Assembly: GCA_963662545.2 (NCBI GenBank)
Contig: CAXXLL010000002.1
Span: forward strand, 1,792,001-1,856,000
Length of the DNA: 64,000 nt
From: Gammaproteobacteria bacterium
Lineage (GTDB): Bacteria > Pseudomonadota > Gammaproteobacteria > Ga0077536
Direction: 5' to 3'
Below are positions 46,939 through 55,355 of the stretch, piece by piece; the stretch's first letter is position 1, and each line of letters begins with the position of its first letter. Below the pieces are notes generated by a model. The model was not told where the DNA came from. It did not search any database and was given only the letters and a program-made list of their open reading frames with translations. Made by a program: the position numbers and the translations under genes.

Positions 46939-48759
46939 CTACGCGGAGGCCTCGACGGCCGGCACGGCGGAAACCGGCGCATCCCGGAACTGCATCTTTG
47001 CGAGCCTCGCATACAGCCCGTCGTCGCGCGCCAGCTCGTCGTGCGTGCCGGTTGCGACGATTCTCCCGCCGTCCATGACGATGATGCGATCGACGCTACG
47101 CACGGTCGCGAGGCGATGGGCGATGATCAGCGTAGTCCGGCCTCGCATCAGGCTGGCCAAGGCCTGCTGCACTAGGACCTCGCTTTCGGCATCCAGGGCG
47201 CTCGTCGCTTCGTCGAGCAGAAGTACGGGTGGCGCCTTGAGCACCGCACGAGCGATGGCAATGCGCTGTTGCTGGCCGCCCGACAAGCGCACGCCGCGTT
47301 CGCCGACGAAAGTATCATAACCGTCGGGGAGGCGTTCGATGAAATCGTCCGTGGCAGCCGCGCGCGCGGCACCTATAACGGCCTCATCGCTTGCGTCCGG
47401 GCGCCCGTAGCGAATGTTTTCGAGGATGGTGTCGGCGAAGAGGACCGTTTCCTGGGGAACGATGGCGATGTGCTTGCGTACGTCCTCAGGCAAGGCGCGG
47501 GCGACATCGACTTCGTCCAGTAATACGCGGCCAGTCTGTGGCTGATAGAACGCCAGCAGCAATTGAAATACGGTGGTTTTTCCAGCCCCTGAGGGACCGA
47601 CCAGCGCGACGGTTTCACCTTGGGCGATTGCAAAAGAAAAATTCCGGAGCGCCGGTTGGGACGGCCGCGACGGATAGTTGAAGGTCACATTTTCGAACGC
47701 TATCTCGCCGAATCCCGGATCCGGCAATGCGATCGGATCAGCGGGCCGATTGGTGCGAGGGTCGGTGGCGAGCAGCTCGACTAGCCGTTCGGTCGCGCCA
47801 GCCGCTTGTTGCAGGACGCTCCATATTTCGCTTAATCCGGCCGTCGAACCGCCGACGAATATCGCGTAGAGCAGGTACTGGCCGAGTTCGCCGCCGCTCA
47901 TGCGCCCGAGCGCCACGTCTTGTGCCCCCATCCACAAGACCCAGACCAGTCCGCCGAAAATCGTGATGATGGCGTAAGCGGTCAAAAAAGCGCGCTGGCG
48001 CACGCGTCTCTTTGCGGTAACAAACGACTGTTCCACGGCTTCTTCAAAGCGATCACCGTGAAGACGCTCGAGCGTGAAGGCCTGTATGAGCGGCATGGCG
48101 TTCAGAACTTCGCCGGCCAGGGCCGAGGCATCCGCAATGCGATCCTGAGTATCGCGGGACAAACGGCGCACGCGCCGGCCGATCAGCACGATGGGCACGA
48201 CGACCGCCGGCACGAGCAAGACGATCATCATGGTCAGGCGCGGACTCGTGACGGCGAGCATGACGAGTGCACCGAGCAGCGTGACGAAGCTGCGCAGCGC
48301 AATCGACAGACTGCTCCCGACCACCGTCTGAATCAGGGTGGTGTCGGCCGTTAGGCGCGACAGGATCTCGCCCGTCCGCGTCACTTCAAAAAAGCTGGGA
48401 CTCATCTCCAGGACGTGGCGGAAGACGGCAGAGCGAATATCCGCCACCACCCGCTCGCCGAGCCAGGACACCAGGTAGAACCGCAACGCCGCGAAACACG
48501 CGGTTACCGCTGCGAGCACAAACAAGGCGATGAAATAGCGGTCTACCGCCGCGGCCTGCGCCGAACCGATCCCGGCATCGATAACATAGCGAACGGCGAT
48601 TGGCATGCCGAGGGTCGCCGCCGCGGCGGCGAGCAATGCAAGCAAGGCGGCCCCGATGACCGTCCGGTACGGTGACAGAAAAGGCACCAACCCACGCAGT
48701 GGCCGCAGGCGGCCGCGAACAGAGGGAGTGCGCAATACAGTGCCCCGATCGGAGCTCAT
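46939..48759 (-). CDS. MsbA-like ABC exporter (fused permease/ATPase)
   Basis: 'WLGERVVADIR', 'GEILSRLTADT', Walker A GPSGAGKT, LSGGQQQ, DEATSALD. Confidence 0.92.
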   Translation of the reverse strand: MSSDRGTVLRTPSVRGRLRPLRGLVPFLSPYRTVIGAALLALLAAAAATLGMPIAVRYVIDAGIGSAQAAAVDRYFIALFVLAAVTACFAALRFYLVSWLGERVVADIRSAVFRHVLEMSPSFFEVTRTGEILSRLTADTTLIQTVVGSSLSIALRSFVTLLGALVMLAVTSPRLTMMIVLLVPAVVVPIVLIGRRVRRLSRDTQDRIADASALAGEVLNAMPLIQAFTLERLHGDRFEEAVEQSFVTAKRRVRQRAFLTAYAIITIFGGLVWVLWMGAQDVALGRMSGGELGQYLLYAIFVGGSTAGLSEIWSVLQQAAGATERLVELLATDPRTNRPADPIALPDPGFGEIAFENVTFNYPSRPSQPALRNFSFAIAQGETVALVGPSGAGKTTVFQLLLAFYQPQTGRVLLDEVDVARALPEDVRKHIAIVPQETVLFADTILENIRYGRPDASDEAVIGAARAAATDDFIERLPDGYDTFVGERGVRLSGGQQQRIAIARAVLKAPPVLLLDEATSALDAESEVLVQQALASLMRGRTTLIIAHRLATVRSVDRIIVMDGGRIVATGTHDELARDDGLYARLAKMQFRDAPVSAVPAVEASA

Positions 48760-48949
48760 CCCAAAACGATTCCTTTGAGCGCACGGCACAATCCGCAAGC
48801 GGTTCTCGCGATAGTTGACGGGGCCGAGTTATTAGGGGTGAAGTTGTTTTGGGTGCTCATTTTCGATTGGCGGCCGCGATGCGTGCGTGGCCGCGTTCGA
48901 CCATAACACAAGGCCTAGCCGTCGCGTCCTGAACGGCTAAACTGTCCCC

Positions 48950-49543
48950 ATGTCGAAGCCCTTTATCCCGGCCGCGGACAGGAACAAAGATCCTATCGCG
49001 ACCGTACTCACGCGTATTTTGGATTGCGTCGAGCACGTTCTCGAAATCGGTTCGGGTACGGGCCAGCACGCGGTTCATTTCGCTGCCAAGCTACCGCATC
49101 TCGTATGGCAGCCGTCCGATCTGCCGGCATACCAGGAAGGCATTCGCAGTTGGGTCGACGCAGCGCGGCTCACGAACCTGAATGCACCCATAGTACTCGA
49201 CGTCATGCAGCACCCGTGGCCGACGGTTGAAGTCGATGCCGTTTACTCGGCGAATACCGTGCACTACATGCCCTGGGCCTCCGTTTTATCAATGTTTCGA
49301 GGAATTTCTAGGTTGCTGCCGCGTGCCGGCGTATTCGCCCTGTACGGTCCGTTCAACTACGACGGCAAATTCGTGAGCGAAGGAAACCGCCAGCTCGATA
49401 AATGGCTCAAATCTGAGGATCCGCGCTACGGGATCCGTGATTTCGAAGCACTTGAAATCCTTGCGGCAGACCTCGCCATGCGCTTGCGCGAAGATTGCAC
49501 CCTGCCGGCCAACAACCGGTTGCTCGTCTGGGAGCGGGCGTAA
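48950..49543 (+). CDS. DUF938 (METTL26-like) SAM-dependent methyltransferase
   Basis: 'RNKDPI', 'VLEIGSGTGQH', 'WQPSD', 'LYGPF', 'LPANN'. Confidence 0.88.
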   Translation: MSKPFIPAADRNKDPIATVLTRILDCVEHVLEIGSGTGQHAVHFAAKLPHLVWQPSDLPAYQEGIRSWVDAARLTNLNAPIVLDVMQHPWPTVEVDAVYSANTVHYMPWASVLSMFRGISRLLPRAGVFALYGPFNYDGKFVSEGNRQLDKWLKSEDPRYGIRDFEALEILAADLAMRLREDCTLPANNRLLVWERA

Positions 49544-49647
49544 ACCGCGAAACACTGAGACGGCGGTTCGCCGCGCACCGAACGAGGCGGGTCCGAACGC
49601 ACGCGTGTCCGTGCAGGATGGAATTCTATACACACCAAAGCGGGTAT

Positions 49648-49998
49648 CTATGCCGAGCTGGATTCAGCCTGCTCCGCGCAATCGATGCAGTGGAGAACAG
49701 TTGCGTCAATATCGAGCCGCTGTTCCGAAATCTCTTCACCGCAGGTGATGCAGGCGCCGAAGTTTCCGTCGTCGATACGCGAGAGGGCCGTAGCGATACG
49801 CACGAGTTGCATTTTTCGTCGGCGATTGGCGGCAGCTGACATCGCCTGGGCCTGCATGGCATCCATCCGCGAAACGCGGCCAACCCGCGCTTGGTCGAGT
49901 TCGACGGGTTCCGCTGCCGCGCTGCCGGCCTCGAGATCGGCCTCGATCTCAGAGCGGCGTTTAAGCAGCGCTTCGCGCCATGCGGCGGCGCTCTTCAC
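49648..49998 (-). CDS. TraR/DksA C4-type zinc finger protein
   Basis: 'VELDQARVGRVSRMDAMQ', 'ALSRIDDGNFGACITCGEEI', 'CIDC'. Confidence 0.88.
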   Translation of the reverse strand: MKSAAAWREALLKRRSEIEADLEAGSAAAEPVELDQARVGRVSRMDAMQAQAMSAAANRRRKMQLVRIATALSRIDDGNFGACITCGEEISEQRLDIDATVLHCIDCAEQAESSSA

Positions 49999-50004
49999 GA
50001 GCGG

Positions 50005-50406
50005 TCAGACCTCAACGCGGAAGGCGTCGTCGACGGCTACCTGCAGAGTCGTCACGAGACCGTTGGTCTGGTGTGCCATGCCGATAACGGCCACCAGTTC
50101 CGCGTGCTGCGCATCCGTCATACCTTTCGCGCGGGCGGCGGCCGTATGCGAATGCGTGCAGTATTCACAGGAATTCGCGACGGAAACCGCGATGTAGATA
50201 AATTCCTTGGTCAATGCATCAATGGTTCCGGGCGCCATTACGTCCTTGGCCGCCTCCCAGGTCCTTTTGAGTTGCGCCGGATCATGCGCCAGTGCCTTCC
50301 AGAAATTGTTGATGAAATCCGTCTTACGGATCTTTCGGATGTCGTCGTAGACGGCACGGACCTCATGGGAGGCATCCTCGTATTCAATCAATCCGACCGT
50401 CGCCAT
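50005..50406 (-). CDS. Carboxymuconolactone decarboxylase / AhpD-like protein
   Basis: 'KEFIYIAVSVANSCEYCTHSH' CxxC motif; AGGAGG RBS. Confidence 0.88.
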   Translation of the reverse strand: MATVGLIEYEDASHEVRAVYDDIRKIRKTDFINNFWKALAHDPAQLKRTWEAAKDVMAPGTIDALTKEFIYIAVSVANSCEYCTHSHTAAARAKGMTDAQHAELVAVIGMAHQTNGLVTTLQVAVDDAFRVEV

Positions 50407-50423
50407 AAATGCCTCCTTTGCGC

Positions 50424-51566
50424 TCAGCCATTCGTTCCGGCTGCGCGTTCGCGCCCGTCCGCCGAATCCACACTTGCAGACCCGATGTCGACGAGGCGCG
50501 TCCAACCGTAAGGATCGGGACGGCGGCCATATTGCAAGGCCGTGAGTTCTTCGTAGAGCCGCGTCGCGACGGGCCCCGGTTCACCGTCCCTGATCACGAT
50601 CTCCTGGTCGTCATACGACAGCCGGCCAACCGGGGCCACGACGGCACCGGTGCCCATGCCGAAGATCTCGGTCACCTTGCCGTCCCGCAGGCCCGCTATG
50701 ACTTCGTCGATGGTGATGCGGCGCTCGGTCAGGGTATAGCCCAGGTCTGGTGCGAGCTGGAAAAGCGAGCGGCGGGTGATCCCCTTCAGGATGGCACCCG
50801 TTAAGCTCGGCGTGACGATTTCCTCTCCACCGAACACGAAAGCGATATTCATTGCCCCGACTTCGTCGACGTATTTTCGCTCGACACCGTCGAGCCACAG
50901 TACCTGTTGGTAGCCTTTTTTCAGCGCGATTTCAGTCGCCGCGATGGAGCCGGCGTAATTGCCCGGCGTTTTCGCCTCGCCGGTACCGCCGCGCACCGAA
51001 CGGACGAAATCCCGGGAGACGTACACCGAGACCGGCGCGAAACCCTCGGCAAAATAGGGCGCCACCGGGGACAGAATAATGTAGTGCAGATATTCGTGAC
51101 TCGCCCGGACCTCGAGCGAGGTCTCCGTTGCGATCATGACCGGCCGGATATACAGCGCCGTACCTGCCCGGTCCGGCACCCAGCGGTGCTCCAGGCGCAC
51201 GAGTTCCTCGATCGCGCCTAAGTGAAATTCGGGATCGACGGTCGGCATACCCATGCGCTCGGCTGAGTGATTGAAGCGCTCGACGTTCAACTCCGTGCGG
51301 AACAGGTTGATATTACCGTCGGCCCGGCGGTAGGCCTTGGTGCCGTCGAAGATCATCTGGCCGTTATGGTAGACGGTCGTCGCGGGATCGAGCGTGATGG
51401 AACGGTACGGTCCGATTACAGGGTCGTGCCAACCGCGATCCAGCGAGTACGACTGGGAAAACATGCGGTCGGTAAAGTAAAGGCCGAAGCCGAGGCGCTC
51501 CGGCAGTTCGATCTTTGCGGTTTCACCGATCGGCTCAATGCGTATCTGTTGTCTGATCTCGGACAT
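50424..51566 (-). CDS. ilvE: Branched-chain amino acid aminotransferase
   Basis: 'GFGLYFTDRM', 'LYIRP', 'GGTGEAKTPGNY' (PLP Lys), 'EVGAMN', 'ILKGITR', 'GTGAVV'. Confidence 0.88.
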   Translation of the reverse strand: MSEIRQQIRIEPIGETAKIELPERLGFGLYFTDRMFSQSYSLDRGWHDPVIGPYRSITLDPATTVYHNGQMIFDGTKAYRRADGNINLFRTELNVERFNHSAERMGMPTVDPEFHLGAIEELVRLEHRWVPDRAGTALYIRPVMIATETSLEVRASHEYLHYIILSPVAPYFAEGFAPVSVYVSRDFVRSVRGGTGEAKTPGNYAGSIAATEIALKKGYQQVLWLDGVERKYVDEVGAMNIAFVFGGEEIVTPSLTGAILKGITRRSLFQLAPDLGYTLTERRITIDEVIAGLRDGKVTEIFGMGTGAVVAPVGRLSYDDQEIVIRDGEPGPVATRLYEELTALQYGRRPDPYGWTRLVDIGSASVDSADGRERAAGTNG

Positions 51567-51619
51567 GTGTTTGTTGACTGTAAGAGCCCGTTTGCAGGCG
51601 AATGACGTGATTTAGAATT

Positions 51620-52558
51620 TCAACCGTCGATGGCTTCGGTGAACGCTTCATCCTCGTGCGCCGCCCAGTAGAGCTGGCGAAGTCTGATCGACGCCTCCCC
51701 CGGTTTACCGTCTGCAACCGGCTTGCCATCCAAGCGTGTGACCGGCATGACGCCACCGGCGGTGCTGGTCAAAAAGATCTCGTCAGCGCCGTAAAGAACC
51801 GCCGGGTCAAACATCGTAACACGGGTTTCGATCCCGTCCCGCGCTGCGAGTTCCAGCACCGTCTTGCGCGTGATCCCCTCCAGCACGCCGCTGGCAGGTG
51901 TCCACAGGACGCTATCCTTTAGCACGAAGATGTTAAAGCCCGGGCCCTCGGTCACCTCGCCGGCTGCGTTCAGTAAGACGACGGTTGCCGCTTCGCGCTC
52001 ATAGGCCTCGTATAAACCCCGGGTCATGTCGCCCCAATGGAAATTCTTAATGGCCGGATCGACCGAGCTTGGTTCGATGCGCGTGACCTCGCGGGCGACT
52101 ATTAAGTGAGTGCCGACGAGTTGGTCGGCAGGCTGCACAATCCAGACGTAGGGAATGGCGAAAGCATAGAAACGGTTCTGGAATTGGCGCGGATCGCGAA
52201 CTCCCGCGGGCGGGACGCCACGGGTGAGAATCATCTCAACATAGGCGTCCTCTAGCTGTGATCGGCGGACGCATTCGTGGAGGATTTGGCGCATCTCGGC
52301 AAGCGATAACGGCGGGCGCAGGTGCATTGCCTGCCAACTTCGCTCGAAGCGCGCGAGATGATCTTCGAGCCGAAAGAAACGTTTCTTCCAGGTCGCGACG
52401 ACATCATAGGTGCAATCGGAGCGGGTGAACCCGGTATCCGTGATGGGGATGCGGGCTTTGGCGATGGGCAGGTAGTCGCCCTCGATCCAGGCACAGCCCT
52501 CGGCGTAAATGTTTTCGCTTTCAGTGCTGTTCTCAATATTCGTTGCACGCGTACTCAT
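51620..52558 (-). CDS. Fold-type IV aminotransferase, putative (R)-selective amine transaminase
   Basis: 'GFTRSDCTYDV', 'YVE', 'PYVWI', 'DPAIKNFHWGD', 'EGPGFN', 'LEGITR', 'STAGG'. Confidence 0.8.
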   Translation of the reverse strand: MSTRATNIENSTESENIYAEGCAWIEGDYLPIAKARIPITDTGFTRSDCTYDVVATWKKRFFRLEDHLARFERSWQAMHLRPPLSLAEMRQILHECVRRSQLEDAYVEMILTRGVPPAGVRDPRQFQNRFYAFAIPYVWIVQPADQLVGTHLIVAREVTRIEPSSVDPAIKNFHWGDMTRGLYEAYEREAATVVLLNAAGEVTEGPGFNIFVLKDSVLWTPASGVLEGITRKTVLELAARDGIETRVTMFDPAVLYGADEIFLTSTAGGVMPVTRLDGKPVADGKPGEASIRLRQLYWAAHEDEAFTEAIDG

Positions 52559-52567
52559 GCTGCGATC

Positions 52568-53902
52568 CTAAAAACTGAACGATAAAAATGTCTGGATAAC
52601 GGTAAAATTGTCGTTACCAAAGATCTCTTTGGCGGCGGTATGCGGCCTTGACCACGCAATGCCCGCATAGCCATAGAAGCGGTCGCCGCGAAAATGTTCG
52701 ATACCGAAATTGATCTCGTCGGCCCAGTCGGTATCCGTCACGGGCGTTCCGAAATACTGGGGTTCTTCCAGGTCATGGTGATAATAATAAAACGTAATAG
52801 CCCAGTGTGGATGCGGGAATGATTTTATCTTGAACATCTGAGTAATCTGGTTCTGGTTGAACAGGTGATAATTCCCGGCGATCTCGCCCTGATACCAGGT
52901 ATCCCAGTCACGCTTGAAGATCGTGTAGAAAAGTCCGCGGTATTCCTCGTTTTCCGGCGTTTCCGCCTCGTCGCCCGACAGCCGGACGTAGCGGTAGATC
53001 AGCTTGGGTGTCCAGGGCAGCCCCGGGAAGCTGTATTGCCCTTCGACATACCAGCCGATGGCGTCATTATCGCGGCCGCCGTCATCGTCGTCGGTGCCGA
53101 CCTCGAGGACCCATTCGCCATAGAACTCGAGGTTTTCGATACCAGGAATCTTGATCTCGCTGGCGCGCAGGTTCCAGACCTCGATGCCGTCGAGATTAAA
53201 GGCGTCACCCTGAAGGACTTCGAGATACATGAAGCCGAGGGTTCCAAATGTCTCTGCGGTGGTCGTCTCGAGACTGACGCCTACGACACGGCTGTCGCCT
53301 AAATCACCATCCGTTCTGAGCCAGAAAATGTCCGCGCGTACCGGTTCGGTGTTGAGCTTCACCACCGCGGAGTTGCGCCAGGACTGAAAGGCGCCGATCC
53401 AGTACTGGCCGTTTTCCTCACCCTGATTGAAATTTCCATCGCCGATGATGAAGCCGTCGCCGACCCAGAATTCCTGTCCGCCGACGGACATATCGATGAG
53501 CCCATTACGCCACCCGAAATAGGCGTGATCGGTGTCGAAGGCCTGATCGCCCGAGCGCGCGACCTGCCCGGACAATTCGCCGTCCAGAGTGGTGGTGGCG
53601 GCGACTCCGGAAACAGCGCCATAGAAGGTCGAAGCGTCGAGGGCTAAGGATAAATCGAGTTTTGGAATAAAGGCGAGCCAGAGCACATTACGTTCCGTCT
53701 CGCCGATCGCGTCGAGTGCACCGAGTCCGAAATTGATGCCGTCGCCGTGCTGCAGACCCAGCCTGACATTGAGGCTTGGCTGTACCGTCAGTTTACCGAA
53801 TTCGCGGGCATCGAAGGCGGAAACGGGTAGGGTCGCCCAAGCCAGGACCGCGCATGCGAGGGCACCGAACGCTTCATGCCGACAGAATCCGCGTCTTCTC
53901 AT
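52568..53902 (-). CDS. Outer membrane beta-barrel, alginate export (AlgE)-like porin
   Basis: Signal peptide; 'GGQEFWVGDGFIIGDG'; alternating aromatic strands; terminal Phe. Confidence 0.7.
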   Translation of the reverse strand: MRRRGFCRHEAFGALACAVLAWATLPVSAFDAREFGKLTVQPSLNVRLGLQHGDGINFGLGALDAIGETERNVLWLAFIPKLDLSLALDASTFYGAVSGVAATTTLDGELSGQVARSGDQAFDTDHAYFGWRNGLIDMSVGGQEFWVGDGFIIGDGNFNQGEENGQYWIGAFQSWRNSAVVKLNTEPVRADIFWLRTDGDLGDSRVVGVSLETTTAETFGTLGFMYLEVLQGDAFNLDGIEVWNLRASEIKIPGIENLEFYGEWVLEVGTDDDDGGRDNDAIGWYVEGQYSFPGLPWTPKLIYRYVRLSGDEAETPENEEYRGLFYTIFKRDWDTWYQGEIAGNYHLFNQNQITQMFKIKSFPHPHWAITFYYYHHDLEEPQYFGTPVTDTDWADEINFGIEHFRGDRFYGYAGIAWSRPHTAAKEIFGNDNFTVIQTFLSFSF

Positions 53903-54726
53903 GGAGATTGAGAATCGATGAGCCGCGCGAAATTCAATAGGGCCTCACGGTAACGTGCCGGCGCGGCAAACGGTATGCCGCCGTGCCCGGCTTCTTCAAT
54001 CCATAACGCCTGTTTAGGCGAAGCGGCTTTTTCGAACAGGGCTTCGCCATGCCACGGGAGAATGAGTTCGTCGTCCAGGCTGTGCATGATCAGCACCGGA
54101 CAGTGAACTTTCGCGATCTTCGACAAGTTGTCGAACCGGTCGAACGGCACGATCGGGATGTGGGTGCGTACCCGAAAGGCCGTGACGAAGGTGCTTTCCA
54201 GTATGAGGCCCGCGACCGATCGGCGCGATGCCAGATCGGTGCTGGGTCCGCCGCCAATTGACCGTCCATAAACAATGACGCGGCGCGCGGGTACGCCGAG
54301 TTCCATCGTGAGGTAATCGAAAGCGGCGTCGATATCCTCATAGGAATTACGCTCGGTCGGTCGTCCTTCACTGGCACCATATCCGCGATAGTCATAGCCG
54401 AACACGGAGAAACCGAATTCGTTGAACCGCGCGAATATGCCGTCCATGTCCCGGAGATCTTCCGCGTTTCCGTGGCTGAACAGGATGGTATAGTCCGATG
54501 AATCAACGGGGCGGTAAAGCGCGGATATCAATTCACCGTCCGGGGTCAGGATCATGATCTCTTTTTCAAACTCGCCGTGCGACGAGATCTCCGGATGGAA
54601 CATCAGGCGGCCCGCTCCGAAGTAAATGATGACGCAAAACGACAAATAGACGAAGAGAACGGCGCGCACGAGGCGCTTCCAAGAGAAATCACCGATCAAA
54701 AACCGCCGCCATTTATCTCTATCCAT
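53899..54726 (-). CDS. Membrane-anchored alpha/beta hydrolase (ABHD13/17-like)
   Basis: 'FSHGNAED', 'YDYRGYGAS', GRSIGG, 'HSLDDELI', 'AGH'. Confidence 0.88.
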   Translation of the reverse strand: MDRDKWRRFLIGDFSWKRLVRAVLFVYLSFCVIIYFGAGRLMFHPEISSHGEFEKEIMILTPDGELISALYRPVDSSDYTILFSHGNAEDLRDMDGIFARFNEFGFSVFGYDYRGYGASEGRPTERNSYEDIDAAFDYLTMELGVPARRVIVYGRSIGGGPSTDLASRRSVAGLILESTFVTAFRVRTHIPIVPFDRFDNLSKIAKVHCPVLIMHSLDDELILPWHGEALFEKAASPKQALWIEEAGHGGIPFAAPARYREALLNFARLIDSQSP

Positions 54727-54828
54727 GATTTCTTTTTCAGGGTTGGAAGGCCGGCTTGTGGCGTTTGAGCGAGCGTCTGCGTACAGTACTTGGATAGTAA
54801 TCGTGAATAAGAACAAAGTAATGCTTCC

Positions 54829-55200
54829 ATGCACGATTTGAAATTTGGGGTTGTCCTCGGCGATCTGACGATGTCCGCCAGTGAATGCATTCGGCTGGGT
54901 CCCAAGGTCGAGAACTGGGGCTACGATTCGATCTGGATGGCCGATCATTTGATCGATATCGACGGCGCGGTCGCGGACCCTTACACCGTGTTCGGTTACC
55001 TCGCGGCGCGGACTCAGAACGTCCTGAGGCAGATGCATTGCGTCGGCACGGTCGAACAAGTCATTGCGTACTTCGACACCCAGATCCAAGCCGGCGTACG
55101 CCATTTCCTCATCAACCCGGCCGCGAGTCCGGACGTCGACGCGACGCTCGAGGCTTTCAGCACCCAAGTAATGTCGCAGTTAGTGCGGCATTCGCTTTAA
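54829..55200 (+). pseudogene. LLM/F420-type oxidoreductase remnant with large in-frame internal deletion
   Basis: N-terminal 'GYDSIWMADHL...DPYTVFGYLAART' joined directly to C-terminal 'VGTVEQV...AGVRHF...LEAFSTQVM'; only 123 aa. Confidence 0.7.
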
Positions 55201-55355
55201 TAGCGGTCGCCTTGTCGAGGGGAGCTCGAATTGAAAAGCAGTAAATGCGAAACGCGGCGGGAATCTCCAATTACCGTGTGTAAGGAGAATTACCTGCACG
55301 GTCCGGCAGCGCGAGTGCGAAACGGATTCTACGGACTGGCCGGGCCGTTATCTTC

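Noticed and set aside
53899-55167. Extended starts in the ORF track (e.g. 55167, 30169, 23427, 9478, 2087, 3277, 62375)
   Set aside because: Extensions overlap neighbouring real genes; downstream starts with an RBS or stop/start coupling fit better.
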